A stretch of DNA of 64,000 nucleotides from Thermodesulfobacteriota bacterium (GTDB lineage: Bacteria; Desulfobacterota; Desulfarculia; JACQYL01), in assembly GCA_963675595.2 (NCBI GenBank), contig CAXXLZ010000001.1, forward strand, positions 1,600,001 through 1,664,000, written 5' to 3'. The notes under the pieces are model-generated. The model saw nothing but the letters and a program-made list of their open reading frames with translations, did not search any database and was not told the origin of the DNA. The position numbers and the translations under genes are program-made. Position 1 is the first letter of the stretch; each line of letters starts with the position of its first letter. Of the stretch, positions 28,673-37,632 are shown piece after piece.

Positions 28673-30616
28673 CTACCGCGAAGCCGTCACGGTCCACTCG
28701 GCCTCCAGGCCCAATTCCGCGACCTTGGCTTCCGTGGGGACGCCTTTGTCCCGATCCCATCCTCTGGCCTCGAAGTACTCGTCCAACACCTCATTCACCT
28801 TGGCGTCGTCCAGCACCATTCCTTTGGCCGGACCTTCGGGCAGTTTTTCTTTATAGAAACGTTTGGGGTAGATGAAATCCTTGCGCTCTTCCCCTTCGCG
28901 AATATTGAAGAGCTTCTGCAAGTTCCAGATGCGCTCCCCGGCTTTTCGAACCTCCTCCCCGTCCATATCCCAACCTGTGCACGGAGACAGCATTTTCGCG
29001 ATGCTTTCGGGTCCCAAGGATTGGAGGGAGGGGGGGCGCGTGCAAACGCCGATGGAGTTGAATACCGCGATCAGGTCTTCGGACCACTTCTCCATCAACA
29101 CGATGTCCGTAGTCTTCCCGTCGGGAGAAATGATCTTCTTCTTGGTTTCCTCCGGCATATCCAGTTTCTTGAGGAGACCTTCCGGAAACCCGAAGGCTTC
29201 TTTGCGGTAGTCGTCCGGTACCGAGGGAAAACGGAGGTTTTCCACGGGGTTCCTTGTGCGGAGGTGATCTCCTCCCCGTGTGCTCGTGAGAAACCCGAAG
29301 GTCCACACCGACCAGCGGCTCCTGGGATCAAAAGTGGGAATTTCCAGGCCCTTGACCGTCATGGCATAGTCGTCGTTGCCGGTGAGTGCGATGTTGGCCC
29401 GTTGCGCTCCTTCCGCCAAGATATCCCCGATTCCCGTGCGTGTGGCGATCATATCGATTAATTTACAGATGGCTTCCACGTCTCCCCACTCGACGGGAAA
29501 TCCGATTTGTTCTTCCGAGACCAACCCCCGTTGGTAGAGCTCCATGAGCATGGAAATGGTGCCGGCCCCGGAGACCACGTCCACGCCGGTTCTGTGGAAG
29601 GCCTCCGTGCATTTGAGGATACCGTCCATGCTGCCTACGTACAGCTTGGCGCCGATTTCGAACGTCATGGTCACTTCGATGCCCTTCATGGCCAGTCCCG
29701 CATAGGGACCTTCCTTCACATGGGCCCAATGGGCGCACGCCACGGGGCAGGCGCTGCACCCCATGGTTTGATCGCTGAATTTTGGGATTACCTTATGGCC
29801 GCGAGTGTCGAACCAATCCTCGATCACGCCCGTTTGGTAGTTCTTGGCCGGCAGAGCTCCGAATTTGCCGTAGGGACCGGTGGCCGCCATGGAACCCATC
29901 TTGCTGACCGCATCGAAGAACGGTGAGGACATGATCCGGGTACGCATCTCCCGACACACCTGCATGAACTTCTCTTTGTCGGCCACCTTGATGCCGCCTT
30001 TTCCCCTCACCGTGACGGCCTTCAGAAGTTTGGATCCCATGACCGCACCCATGCCCGTCCGCGCCCAGGCGTCGTACTTCCCGTTCTGAATGGCGGAAAA
30101 CCGAATGAGATTTTCCCCCGACTGACCGATGACCGCAGCCTCAAGTTCTTCCCGATGCAGGTCTTTTTCGAGAATGTCCATGGTTTCCCAGACGTCTTTC
30201 CCCCAAAGGTGGGAAGCATCTCGAATCGCCACCTTGCCGTCCTCTATGTCGAGATAGACCGGCGTGTCGGACCTGCCCCGAATGACGAAATGGTCGTAGC
30301 CGGCGTATTTCATCTCGCATCCGAATCGGTAACCGCTGCTTGTACATCCGAAAAGGTTGGTAATGGGAGACTTTGCGGAAACATCCGTTTTGCTCGCGGT
30401 GGGCATCATGGTTCCCACGAGAGGACCCGAGCCGAAAACCAGAACGTTCTCGGGGCCAAGCGGGTCCACTCCCGCCGGCGTATGGTCGAACAGAAGTTTG
30501 GTATTCATCCCCAAACCCCCGAGAAACTTTCTCGCCATGCCTTCATCGAGAGGAATTTTCTCAATCTTCTTGGAAGAAAGGTCTACATCCAATATTACGC
30601 CGGCGTAACCGTACAT
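28673..30616 (-). CDS. Tungsten aldehyde:ferredoxin oxidoreductase family protein (WOR)
   Basis: GYAG.IL.VDLS, KSP.T, MKYAGYD, GEN, R.GMGAVMGSK.LKA, CSACPVAC, RGGDH, YF..RGWD. Confidence 0.93.
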   Translation of the reverse strand: MYGYAGVILDVDLSSKKIEKIPLDEGMARKFLGGLGMNTKLLFDHTPAGVDPLGPENVLVFGSGPLVGTMMPTASKTDVSAKSPITNLFGCTSSGYRFGCEMKYAGYDHFVIRGRSDTPVYLDIEDGKVAIRDASHLWGKDVWETMDILEKDLHREELEAAVIGQSGENLIRFSAIQNGKYDAWARTGMGAVMGSKLLKAVTVRGKGGIKVADKEKFMQVCREMRTRIMSSPFFDAVSKMGSMAATGPYGKFGALPAKNYQTGVIEDWFDTRGHKVIPKFSDQTMGCSACPVACAHWAHVKEGPYAGLAMKGIEVTMTFEIGAKLYVGSMDGILKCTEAFHRTGVDVVSGAGTISMLMELYQRGLVSEEQIGFPVEWGDVEAICKLIDMIATRTGIGDILAEGAQRANIALTGNDDYAMTVKGLEIPTFDPRSRWSVWTFGFLTSTRGGDHLRTRNPVENLRFPSVPDDYRKEAFGFPEGLLKKLDMPEETKKKIISPDGKTTDIVLMEKWSEDLIAVFNSIGVCTRPPSLQSLGPESIAKMLSPCTGWDMDGEEVRKAGERIWNLQKLFNIREGEERKDFIYPKRFYKEKLPEGPAKGMVLDDAKVNEVLDEYFEARGWDRDKGVPTEAKVAELGLEAEWTVTASR

Positions 30617-30897
30617 ATTCGTTCCTTTCCTCAGGGCCCTTCAAAGAGCGCCCGGTAAACAGCTCCGGCCCTCTTTCGCGTTTTTTCGCCACAACCGCAA
30701 AGCCCCGCTTCCCCGACGAGCGTTCCCATGTTCCGGATGTCGAAGAACGCAAACGACGCGTCTCAGTCATCACCTCACAGCTCTTACCGGTCGTTCTCCG
30801 CCGGGTGAGGTGCGGCCGTGCTTCAGTGTTACCGAGCGGCCGATGGGCGGTGTCTTCCGGGAGCGCTTCCGAAATGAAGACCGCACGTGACCAAGTA

Positions 30898-31377
30898 CTA
30901 ACGACTTTGTTCCACGATGTGCATGAGCTTGCCGGCCGCTTTCCTCAACTTGTCCTGCGAAGCCTCTTCCGCTTCCACAAAGGTTAAAGCCTCACGGGGA
31001 CACTCCCGCACGCACTGAGGGTCTCCCCCGCACAAATTGCATTTCACCATGGCGCCCCGGCCATGATGGATTGCCGGAATCCCGAAAGGACACGCCAGGA
31101 AGCAGGAACGGCACCCGATACAAAGCGCCTCGTCCACCACCATGGCTCCCGTTTCCAGGTCCCGTCGGATCGCGTGCCTGGGGCAGGCTTCGGCGCACAA
31201 AGGCTCCTCACATTGCCGACAGGTCACGGTGACGAATCTGCCGAGATCTTTGAACCAGAGCGCGGTGACCCTGGCGAGCGTCGGATTGAATTCCCCCTCG
31301 TGTTGCATTGAACAGGCCAAGGAACAGGTCCGGCAACCAATGCATTTCTCCGGGTCGAAAAGTATGAACCTAGACAT
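30898..31377 (-). CDS. 4x[4Fe-4S] polyferredoxin (AorA/DmsB-like)
   Basis: CIGCRTC...C, CRQC..P.C...CP, CIGCRSC...CP, CNLC.G.P.C...CP. Confidence 0.9.
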   Translation of the reverse strand: MSRFILFDPEKCIGCRTCSLACSMQHEGEFNPTLARVTALWFKDLGRFVTVTCRQCEEPLCAEACPRHAIRRDLETGAMVVDEALCIGCRSCFLACPFGIPAIHHGRGAMVKCNLCGGDPQCVRECPREALTFVEAEEASQDKLRKAAGKLMHIVEQSR

Positions 31378-31432
31378 AACGGTCCCTCCGATATGGAACC
31401 TCGGACGGTGAAATCCACAGTGTTTGGAGCGG

Positions 31433-31458
31433 CGAGGACTCCATTGTCGGAGTCCTCG
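31433..31458. terminator. Hairpin between activase and ferredoxin genes
   Basis: cgaggactcc-attgtc-ggagtcctcg 10-bp inverted repeat. Confidence 0.4.
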
Positions 31459-31461
31459 GAT

Positions 31462-32256
31462 TCATGAAAGCTGAATGCCTGCTCGCTCGGCCGCGATCAA
31501 GGCGGCTCCAATGGCTCCGGTGATCAACGGCTCTTCCGGCTGCAGCAATTCCACCCCGAGCATTCTCTCGATGGTCTTGACCAGTCCGGAGTCTTTCCCG
31601 CCTCCACCCGTGACGGCCACATCCTTTTCAATCCGCATTCTTTGCGCCAAGCCGGAAATTCTGGAACCCAGCGCCTGATGCAGACCTGCGATAATATCTT
31701 CTTCGGGCGTGCCTTCGGCTACCCGTGAAATGGCTTCCGTTTCCAGAAACACGGCACATCCTGTTGTGAACTTGGCCGGGTTTCGCGACTTCAGGGACAG
31801 GGTTCCCATGTCCCTTTGATTTACTTTCACCACCTTGGAAATGATTTGGAGCACGCGCCCGCTGCCGGCCGCGCATTTGTCGCTGGCCAGGGAGTCCGCG
31901 ACCCTGCCGCCTTCCGTCACTTTGATGATGCGGCTCGCCTGGTTGCCTACTTCAATAACGGTACGCACCGTTGGAAGAAGAAAGTGGGTGCCTCTGCTTT
32001 GACAGGAGATTTCGGTCACTTTGGTGTAGGGATGAGCAACGAAATGTACCCCCAGTCCCCCTGCCCCAATAACCTTCAGGTCCGAAATGGATCGTTGCGC
32101 CTTTTCAAGCGCTTCGCTCAGGACTTTGTCGGCGGACCTGCCGAAATGGCCTCCCGCAGGTGAAATACTGTAGGAAAGTATCTCGCCACCCTGCATAATT
32201 ACGGATTTAACAAATGCGGAGCCGACATCCAGTCCCGCTATACATGCCGTGTCCAT
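31462..32256 (-). CDS. Activase subunit, BcrD/BzdP-like (divergent ASKHA ATPase)
   Basis: GLDVGS, DKCAAGSG, GCAVF; DIGGQD motif replaced by EVGNQA. Confidence 0.82.
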   Translation of the reverse strand: MDTACIAGLDVGSAFVKSVIMQGGEILSYSISPAGGHFGRSADKVLSEALEKAQRSISDLKVIGAGGLGVHFVAHPYTKVTEISCQSRGTHFLLPTVRTVIEVGNQASRIIKVTEGGRVADSLASDKCAAGSGRVLQIISKVVKVNQRDMGTLSLKSRNPAKFTTGCAVFLETEAISRVAEGTPEEDIIAGLHQALGSRISGLAQRMRIEKDVAVTGGGGKDSGLVKTIERMLGVELLQPEEPLITGAIGAALIAAERAGIQLS

Positions 32257-32267
32257 GGAAAGTTTCC

Positions 32268-33134
32268 TTACACGTTCTGTCCTATTGAAGCGTCTGCGTC
32301 GTAGAACGTAACCGCTTCCAGACGCCGCCTGCCATGTTTCTCTTTGAGCTCTTCCTCCGATAGCCGAAGCGCCTTTTCCTCGGCTATGATGGCGGCGCCC
32401 AACGCGCCGGTAATCAAGGGTTCCGGAGGAATCACCACGGGGAATCCGATGCGTTCTTCCAACGCCTTGCAGAGTCCGGCGTTTTTCGCGCCTCCCCCGG
32501 TAATGGCCAAGTCCGGCTCGATTTCGACCTTTCTTACCATCGAATAGATTCGACTGGCGTTGGCCTTATGGATACCGGCCAGGATGTCTTCCACCGAATA
32601 CCCTTCGGAAAGCCTGAGCAGGGCTTCCTGTTCCGCGAAGACGGTGCAGATGCTGCTGATTTCCGCAGGTTGCGTCGACCGAAGAGACAGGTCCCCGATA
32701 TCTTCCAATCGGACCCCCAGCACATCGGAAATCACTTCGAGAAATCTTCCGGTACCGGCGGCGCACTTGTCGTTCATCGCAAAATTGACCAGCTTTCCGT
32801 CTTTGAGCTTGATCGCTTTGGTATCCTGTCCTCCAATGTCGATGATGGTTCGGACATTCGGAAAAAGCCAGTTGATGCCGCGCATATGACACGTGATCTC
32901 GGTCACCTGCGCGTCCGCGAACGGCACGTTGATTCTGCCGTATCCCGTGGCGACAACGAAATCCACCTGGTCGAAGGACAGGCCGGCCTGTGCCAAAGCC
33001 TCCTCCATGACCTTGTTGGCCAATCTCCGATGCGCCGCATCGGTGGGCTGCTTTACGGAGGCACAGACGCCTTTCGCGTTCTTGATCACCACTTTCGTGA
33101 TGGTCGAACCGATGTCTAAGCCCGCTAAAATCAT
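32268..33134 (-). CDS. Activase subunit, BcrA/BzdQ-like ASKHA ATPase
   Basis: GLDIGS, TGYGR, DIGGQD, MNDKCAAGTG, SICTVFAE. Confidence 0.88.
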   Translation of the reverse strand: MILAGLDIGSTITKVVIKNAKGVCASVKQPTDAAHRRLANKVMEEALAQAGLSFDQVDFVVATGYGRINVPFADAQVTEITCHMRGINWLFPNVRTIIDIGGQDTKAIKLKDGKLVNFAMNDKCAAGTGRFLEVISDVLGVRLEDIGDLSLRSTQPAEISSICTVFAEQEALLRLSEGYSVEDILAGIHKANASRIYSMVRKVEIEPDLAITGGGAKNAGLCKALEERIGFPVVIPPEPLITGALGAAIIAEEKALRLSEEELKEKHGRRRLEAVTFYDADASIGQNV

Positions 33135-33254
33135 GAGGTTATCCTTCTATTTGGTTCACCGAGTGCATGTCTCGAGGAGGTTGGGTCGCCTCGCGTCCGT
33201 GTCCCGGAATGTTGGGGCACAAACGCGAAGCGAGGAGGTGCCGAAGAATACGAG

Positions 33255-34415
33255 TTACTCGATGGTCTCGGCGAACGCCTGGAATCGGGTTCTCAGAGGC
33301 TCGAGAGCCGCCGTTGAATAATCCTGCTCAATGATGAGAACCGGCAGGTCCAAGGACTCGAAGTAGTCCTTGATGCTTGGAACTTCATAGCCGTGAATAT
33401 CGCAGTTGCGGATGATGTTGGCGTATATGGCGTTTACGTTCCAATATTTGGCGAATTCCCTCAGATAGCCGAACCGGTTCTCCAGGTCCTCTTTATACGT
33501 GGCGCCGGACTTGGTGAAGGTTCGAGGGCACTTGACCTCTGTGAGATAGTGTTTCGCCACCCCGTACATGGGGTCTTCCGTGGCCTCGATGTCATGCCAG
33601 AACGGCCGAGCGCCGGTGGCCGTATCTTCCACCACGATGTTGAATCCCGAGTTTTCGATGAGATCCGTGAAGGCCGTGTGATCGATGAGGGAACCCCACA
33701 CGAGCATCCGACCCGGTTTCTTCCGGGTGGCGAGGGGACGGTTTTTCACTTCCTGAATCACCTCTTCCAGAAGAGTATTCCCCTCTTCCACCGGGATCAT
33801 CATGGTCGAGATCAAGACTTCAAGTGTTTCCGAGCCCGTAAGCAACGGCGGATCGGGCTTTCTCAGTTCATACAGCTCGCGGACGAGCCCCCTCTGCTTG
33901 TTATGAAGGGCGATGGACTCCTGCAGGCGATCCGTGGTGACCTTCTTGCCTGCGAAGTCTTCCAGGGTTTCCTTGAAATAGTTCATTTGATCCTTGAAGA
34001 ACCGAACCGCTTCGGACGTGGCGGCATGGGGCACATCCAGGAAGAAACTGCACGGCGTCTTCATATAGTTTCTCCAGATGTGGGAAGTCCGTTCGGCACC
34101 GTCACAGGCATGAGAACCGACGAACCCGTCCAGGTAATCGTACTTTCCTTTCATGCCTACGTCGAAGCAACTCCGGTAAAAGATACACATGACCGTCGGC
34201 AAGTATCCGTCCGCGACCGTGATGGGCTCGTCCATGTCTCCGAGAATCCGGATGGGGATAAGGTCCAACGCAGTCATGATTTCCACTGGAGGATAGCAGC
34301 AGAAATAACCCAGCACCTTCTTGCCCTCGGATTTCAGCTCGCGGGCGCGCTTGCTCCGATGGCTGTAAATTTCGTGCGCCTTGGCCAATCCCGTGCTTTT
34401 CTTTTCATCGCTCAT
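33255..34415 (-). CDS. 2-hydroxyacyl-CoA dehydratase/aryl-CoA reductase subunit (BcrC/BzdN-like, HGD-D)
   Basis: GKKVLGYFCCYPP.E, MC, HACD, CD.H.YE.P, TRFQAF.E. Confidence 0.85.
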   Translation of the reverse strand: MSDEKKSTGLAKAHEIYSHRSKRARELKSEGKKVLGYFCCYPPVEIMTALDLIPIRILGDMDEPITVADGYLPTVMCIFYRSCFDVGMKGKYDYLDGFVGSHACDGAERTSHIWRNYMKTPCSFFLDVPHAATSEAVRFFKDQMNYFKETLEDFAGKKVTTDRLQESIALHNKQRGLVRELYELRKPDPPLLTGSETLEVLISTMMIPVEEGNTLLEEVIQEVKNRPLATRKKPGRMLVWGSLIDHTAFTDLIENSGFNIVVEDTATGARPFWHDIEATEDPMYGVAKHYLTEVKCPRTFTKSGATYKEDLENRFGYLREFAKYWNVNAIYANIIRNCDIHGYEVPSIKDYFESLDLPVLIIEQDYSTAALEPLRTRFQAFAETIE

Positions 34416-34431
34416 TAGTCTGGTCTCCTTT

Positions 34432-35790
34432 CTACCACGCCATTCCTGCTTTGCGTCTCAGTTCCCGGTAGTGATCCATCGTCTCGACGAAGGCCTCGAT
34501 CTTGGAAATGGCTTCCTCTTCGTTGAACACTCGCAGGTCTACGATATCGCCTTCGATTACGACGCCCGGAACCTTCAGTTTCTCTTCCAGCGCGTTCCGT
34601 GTGTGCAGCAGCGTGTACGTGGCGGGCCGACAGGACATCAACGGATGGGCCAGCAACCCGTCGGCTTGATAGTCCTCGGCGAATTGGAGATAGGCCGCCA
34701 TGAAGAATCCGGGGCCCGTATCGTATTTCACGGCCACCGGGTTGTATTCGGTCCACTTCCTGTAGGAGAGTCGCGCTATGAGTTCCAAGGGGTCCGTCAC
34801 GCCGTCCAACTCCTCCTCGGGAATGGGGAGGATGGGATGGTAGTTCCAGCTTTCAATGGCGATGGCGATACCGAACTGCTCGGCGATCTCGTCGAAAAAG
34901 CCCAGAGTGTGCCACGGAGGCAACTCGGAAAACATCATGCGATATTTTTCGTTGGGAATGGCCCCGATGTTGTTGTCGACCTTCTGCTTCACTTCATCAT
35001 ATACGCGCTGATAGAATTCATAAGCTTCCGGGTCGTCGGGCAAATACAGGTGGGGAATCATGACGGACCAGAAATCCGTACCCACCATGGGCGACGGTTT
35101 GGCCCTCCGCAACAGGTCCACCTGGTGGGCGAGTTCGAGGGTCTTGTACGTCTGGAGCACCATTTCACGCAACCTGTCATAGTCCAGCTTGGTGCCGAGC
35201 AGCTCTTCCAGGAATGCCACGAACTTCCTCAGGTGGGATACCATGAAGGAGATATTCAGTTCCTTGTTCCCCGCCATGAAGAATTCGTTGGTGCCGGTCT
35301 GGGGAAGGTCCAAAGTCCAAACGGGGGCATCCAGGTATCGTCCGAGAGCCTGGAACCATTTGTAGCGGGCGTCACACGCCGCGCCCGATCCCATCAAGAA
35401 TTTGGGCTTGGCCAGACCGCCTCCGGGAGCGCCTTCCGGAACCTTGCCGCCGTTGTCCGCCAGCATGGCCGCGTACCCGATGCAGTTTCGGGCGTATCCG
35501 CACAGGGTGTTGGGATAGCCTTCGGCCGCGCTGCGTTCAAGGTGCGGTTCGGCCTGTCGCACGGAAGCGCAGAACGCCCCGTAGTTCTCAGGGAATACGA
35601 GGTTGACGTCCATGGCTTTGGCGATGAGCTCTCCCTGCCACCAAGTAACCATGGACCAGCCGATAGGGGCTCCCTTTTCCATCGCTTCAAGCCCCTTCTT
35701 CAGCATCTTCTTTCCGAAATAGCCCGCTTCCCGAGCGGTCTGAAGCGTCTTTCCGGATTTCCTTGTTTTTGGCTTCGTTTCATTCCCCAT
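34432..35790 (-). CDS. 2-hydroxyacyl-CoA dehydratase/aryl-CoA reductase subunit (BcrB/BzdO-like, HGD-D)
   Basis: FPENYG, LCGY, CD.R.KW, SCR, IEGDIVD.R, IEAF.E; ATG at 35790 after GGAGG. Confidence 0.85.
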   Translation of the reverse strand: MGNETKPKTRKSGKTLQTAREAGYFGKKMLKKGLEAMEKGAPIGWSMVTWWQGELIAKAMDVNLVFPENYGAFCASVRQAEPHLERSAAEGYPNTLCGYARNCIGYAAMLADNGGKVPEGAPGGGLAKPKFLMGSGAACDARYKWFQALGRYLDAPVWTLDLPQTGTNEFFMAGNKELNISFMVSHLRKFVAFLEELLGTKLDYDRLREMVLQTYKTLELAHQVDLLRRAKPSPMVGTDFWSVMIPHLYLPDDPEAYEFYQRVYDEVKQKVDNNIGAIPNEKYRMMFSELPPWHTLGFFDEIAEQFGIAIAIESWNYHPILPIPEEELDGVTDPLELIARLSYRKWTEYNPVAVKYDTGPGFFMAAYLQFAEDYQADGLLAHPLMSCRPATYTLLHTRNALEEKLKVPGVVIEGDIVDLRVFNEEEAISKIEAFVETMDHYRELRRKAGMAW

Positions 35791-35822
35791 GATAAGCCTC
35801 CATTCGGGTGAGATTTGTGTCT

Positions 35823-36425
35823 TCAAGCCGCTTGATGTCCGGCCGTCCTCATGCCTTGCAGATAGCTCACCATCGCTTCGATGGATTGGTCGAGGAGCTT
35901 TTCCGACTTGTTCACGGCATGGATGACCGACGTGCCCAAAATTCCGGCAAACAGGACTTCGGCGGCTTGTTCCGTATCCACTTCCTCTCCGATTTCCTTC
36001 AGTCGTTGCGCTTCGTGAAGAAAACGGTGAATCATACCCTTGAGAGCGACGAATCCGGAATTGATCCTGTCCGCATGTTCCGGATTCTGGTTACACAACT
36101 CCACGGACAAAGTAAGAAATACACAACCACCAGGGATGTTTTCGGGATCCTTCAGGTAATTATTGCCGTAGTTGGTCAAGAGCAGTCTGAGTTTATCGCT
36201 CGGGCTGTCGAGCCGGTCGATTCCCTGAAGGACCCGATCACGCCAAAGGCGTTGAGCTTCCTTCATGACCCCGAGGAAGAGATCATCTTTGCTCTTGAAA
36301 TGGTTGTAAAACCCCCCCTTGCTGGTATTGGCCTGCCGCAAAATATCCTCGATGGATGTGCCGACAAAGCCCTTCAAGGAGAAGAGTCGGAGAGACTCAT
36401 GGATAATGCGATCTTTTAGACCCAA
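35823..36425 (-). CDS. TetR/AcrR family transcriptional regulator
   Basis: LFSLKGF.GTSIEDI...ANTSKGGFYNHFKSKDDL HTH; GGCVF; TTG start at 36425 after AAGGAG. Confidence 0.9.
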   Translation of the reverse strand: MGLKDRIIHESLRLFSLKGFVGTSIEDILRQANTSKGGFYNHFKSKDDLFLGVMKEAQRLWRDRVLQGIDRLDSPSDKLRLLLTNYGNNYLKDPENIPGGCVFLTLSVELCNQNPEHADRINSGFVALKGMIHRFLHEAQRLKEIGEEVDTEQAAEVLFAGILGTSVIHAVNKSEKLLDQSIEAMVSYLQGMRTAGHQAA

Positions 36426-36452
36426 GAGCTTACTCCTTGGACGGAGCCGGGA

Positions 36453-36465
36453 GAACCGGTCCGTC
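36453..36465. promoter_or_regulatory. Putative TetR operator upstream of tetR
   Basis: gaaccggtccgtc, 12/13 identical to site at 37271. Confidence 0.45.
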
Positions 36466-36792
36466 CGTGCGCAGGATCGTTCCACGCTTTCCCGGGAGGT
36501 TCAGGGGGGCCGGCCGGGGAAAATCGCGAAAACGGCTTCACGTCTACGAAGGAGACTCCGGTGACCTTCGACCGTCGATCATCCATGGGAAACGAGCGGA
36601 GCCCCATGTCGAGCGAAACCGGGGAAAAACACCCGAGCCGGATTTCCACGTGCTGCGGACCCGGATGACTTTCCGCTTCGAGCGACGACCCCGATACCAG
36701 GTGGGACACGTTCATCGTTTCAGCATGTTGATTGTTGAGGCAAACGTTCACGACGGACCTGTATCATCATTTCTTTAGGAGATCGTCAAGCT

Positions 36793-37221
36793 CTATGCTT
36801 CCCTGTGCATGCAAGTGTTCTCGCCTTCAAACACCACCGCATCGTCCTGGTTCTTCAAGGTGAACTTCCAGGTGGTGAAGACCTTTCCGCCTTTTGCCTC
36901 TTTCTTGTCCAGAATCTCGACAACGAGGCCGATCCTGTCGTTGGGAAAAACGGGCCCCAGTACCTTCAGGTTGTTTGTGGCCACGTGCACGTGCGCTTTG
37001 ACAAGATCACCCGCGAGTCCGAAGACGATGGTGAACAGGAACGGCCCGGGCACCAGTCTGCCTTTGAAGCCCATTGCCTTTGCCGCATCGTCGATGAGAA
37101 AGGGGTCCAGCCGCAACCCTCCGATGGTGCAAAAAAGGTCCAACTCGGTCCCGGTGATGATCCTTGAACCACAGTCGAACTTGTCTCCAATTTTCCCGTC
37201 CGCCAAAGTTCCGGTTGACAT
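36793..37221 (-). CDS. MaoC-like (hot-dog fold) dehydratase family protein
   Basis: A...GFKGRLVPG, PVFPND.I, NQD...VFEG; ATG at 37221 after AAGGAG. Confidence 0.8.
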   Translation of the reverse strand: MSTGTLADGKIGDKFDCGSRIITGTELDLFCTIGGLRLDPFLIDDAAKAMGFKGRLVPGPFLFTIVFGLAGDLVKAHVHVATNNLKVLGPVFPNDRIGLVVEILDKKEAKGGKVFTTWKFTLKNQDDAVVFEGENTCMHREA

Positions 37222-37266
37222 CAAGATTCTCCTTTCACTTGTTGATTTCCATTTGTGGAGCCTAAG

Positions 37267-37284
37267 AGACGAACCGGTCGGTCT
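37267..37284. promoter_or_regulatory. Putative TetR operator (imperfect palindrome) upstream of MaoC gene
   Basis: agacgaaccggtcggtct, 14/18 self-complementary. Confidence 0.5.
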
Positions 37285-37632
37285 GTGGCCACCAAAATAC
37301 ATACGGACTCCATTCGCGTCAAGTTTTTTTTAGGGGCGTTCGGCCAGCAGATTCACCCTCTGAGAGCCCTTCGGCAAACCCCTCGCCTGCGCGCATCGGA
37401 ATACAGTCCTCATGCGCATTTGTCGGCTACAGTCCCGATGTAGGCAACATCCCTTTCACGCCCGATGGCCAACGCACGGCAACTGTAGGTATTCTTTTGA
37501 AAATCGGTTCGTAGAAAGACTCTCGGGCCCGAACGACGATGTGACGGGATTCGGGGCTCCCCTGAGTTCGGTTCAGCCAATGACGGTTCAAGTCGGTCGG
37601 AACCCCGAGGAAATCCCACCGAAAGGAATTTA

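Noticed and set aside
28673-30616. Class II benzoyl-CoA reductase BamB
   Set aside because: Lacks the BamB MKC tungsten-ligand Cys and there are no BamC-I (HdrA/Nuo-like) genes nearby
34381-35811. 476-aa plus-strand ORF, and similar long ORFs at 5046-6416, 14315-15838, 25080-26396, 41330-43003, 43085-44464, 47150-48544
   Set aside because: Antisense shadows of well-supported genes in GC-rich DNA; no recognisable motifs
36426-36792. ORFs between MaoC and tetR (36416-36751 minus, 36437-36778 plus)
   Set aside because: No motifs, no clear RBS, composition not protein-like
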